The position numbers and the translations under genes are program-made. The notes beneath the pieces are model-generated. The model ran no database searches, was not told where the DNA came from, and saw only the letters and a program-made list of their open reading frames with translations. Shown in pieces: positions 63,060-64,000 of a stretch of DNA of 64,000 bases. The stretch's first letter is position 1. Each line of letters opens with the position of its first letter. The stretch is from Alphaproteobacteria bacterium (GTDB lineage Bacteria > Pseudomonadota > Alphaproteobacteria > MPNO01 > UBA830): NCBI GenBank assembly GCA_965243135.1, contig OZ251539.1, forward strand, positions 2,400,001-2,464,000, given 5' to 3'.

Positions 63060-63856
63060 TGGCGCGAGCGCTTCCGCGAACGGCGGAGTTCTGCCTGATC
63101 GTCGAGAACGGGGATTGGGGCGCAACGAGCCTCACGGCGATACGTGCAGTGCTCGCGTCCGCGGCCGACACCCTTTCGGAGGCTTTCGGAACGCCGCCCG
63201 ACGCGCCCGTTCGCGTCGCCCGGTGGAACCGGGAGCCTCGGGTGTTCTACGACATGCGGCCTTACGAGATCCGCATAAGTGCGCAAGATACCTACTGGTG
63301 CCAGTACGTCCACCAGTTCTCGCGGGAGCTGTGTCGTGCGATGACCGGTTTCGATCGCTTCAAGGGACACCGGCACAAGTGGTTCGAGGAAAGCCTGTGC
63401 GAACTGGCCTCGCTGTTCGTTCTGCACCGGCTGTCGAAGGTCTGGGCCGAGGAGCCGCTTCTCCATATATACCGGGCATCCGAGTTCGCGCCGAACCACG
63501 CGGCCTATGCGGAAAGGATGGAAGAGAAATATCGGACGCCTCACGGCATCGCCCTTCCGGGGTGGTTCGCCGCCAACATCGGGACGCTGGAGACGGACCC
63601 GCGCGACCTCGACGGCACTGTGGCGGTCGCCCTTCTGGACCGCTTCCGACGCGACCCCATTCTGTGGCGCGATTGCCTCCTGCTCAACCGGTGGGATCCG
63701 AGCGTGGACGCCACCTTCTCCGACTACCTCGAATCGTGGACGGCCTGCCTTCGCGAATACGGTTCCGACGCTCGGGTGCCAGCCCTCGTGCGGGAAACGC
63801 TCCGACCCGGTCTCGCGGCTTCCCGCGCCCCCTGCAGCCGTGCGGTGGCCGGATAA
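63056..63856 (+). CDS. Hypothetical zincin-like protein with degenerate HExxH (reads RELCR)
   Basis: ATGA overlap with the ATPase gene; YWCQYVHQFSRELCRAM ... WFEESLCELASLF. Confidence 0.6.
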   Translation: MMARALPRTAEFCLIVENGDWGATSLTAIRAVLASAADTLSEAFGTPPDAPVRVARWNREPRVFYDMRPYEIRISAQDTYWCQYVHQFSRELCRAMTGFDRFKGHRHKWFEESLCELASLFVLHRLSKVWAEEPLLHIYRASEFAPNHAAYAERMEEKYRTPHGIALPGWFAANIGTLETDPRDLDGTVAVALLDRFRRDPILWRDCLLLNRWDPSVDATFSDYLESWTACLREYGSDARVPALVRETLRPGLAASRAPCSRAVAG

Positions 63857-63867
63857 CGACGCCGGTC

Positions 63868-64000
63868 ATGTGCGGCCGTTTCACGCAAACCTTCGCTTGG
63901 TGGACCTGCTCCTCGGTCTGTCCGGCGCCTCGCTGAACCTTCAACCCCGCTACAACGTGGCGTCGAGCCAGGAAGCGGCGGTGGTCGCGAGGTGCCGGAA
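63868..64000 (+). pseudogene. Second SRAP gene (frameshifted, runs off the window)
   Basis: MCGRFTQTF, then in another frame LNLQPRYNVASSQ. Confidence 0.75.

Overview
GC-rich window, probably from an alphaproteobacterium (inferred from gene content). About 1-56.4 kb is mostly uptake and catabolism genes: an HpaB-family monooxygenase, a Liv-type ABC transporter, TAXI and DctPQM TRAP transporters, a Dpp/Opp-type ABC transporter, hydantoinase/oxoprolinase A+B, a ThDP enzyme, amidase, TauD, thiolase, and cysS. Accessory DNA interrupts this backbone. (1) An intact IS (4430-6077, 18-bp terminal inverted repeats, 9-bp target duplication) splits the LivF-type ATPase gene at its Walker B motif. (2) A membrane-anchored coiled-coil gene with a 21-bp tandem repeat is bracketed symmetrically by a perfect 14-bp inverted repeat. 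(3) A 7.0-kb composite-transposon-like unit (31928-38935) is bounded by IS1202-type ends and a 14/15-bp direct repeat, and carries a 1715-aa autotransporter. (4) Standalone Fic and ABC-ATPase/TOPRIM (OLD/PARIS-like) genes. A truncated tRNA-Met at about 56.6 kb opens a decaying island of toxin-antitoxin and defence-type genes: AbiE, DUF7662-like/VapC, Swt1-HEPN, FitA and VWA remnants, an ATPase-nuclease, a His-less zincin-like gene and two SRAP pseudogenes. All family calls come from recognising motifs by eye; no database search was run.
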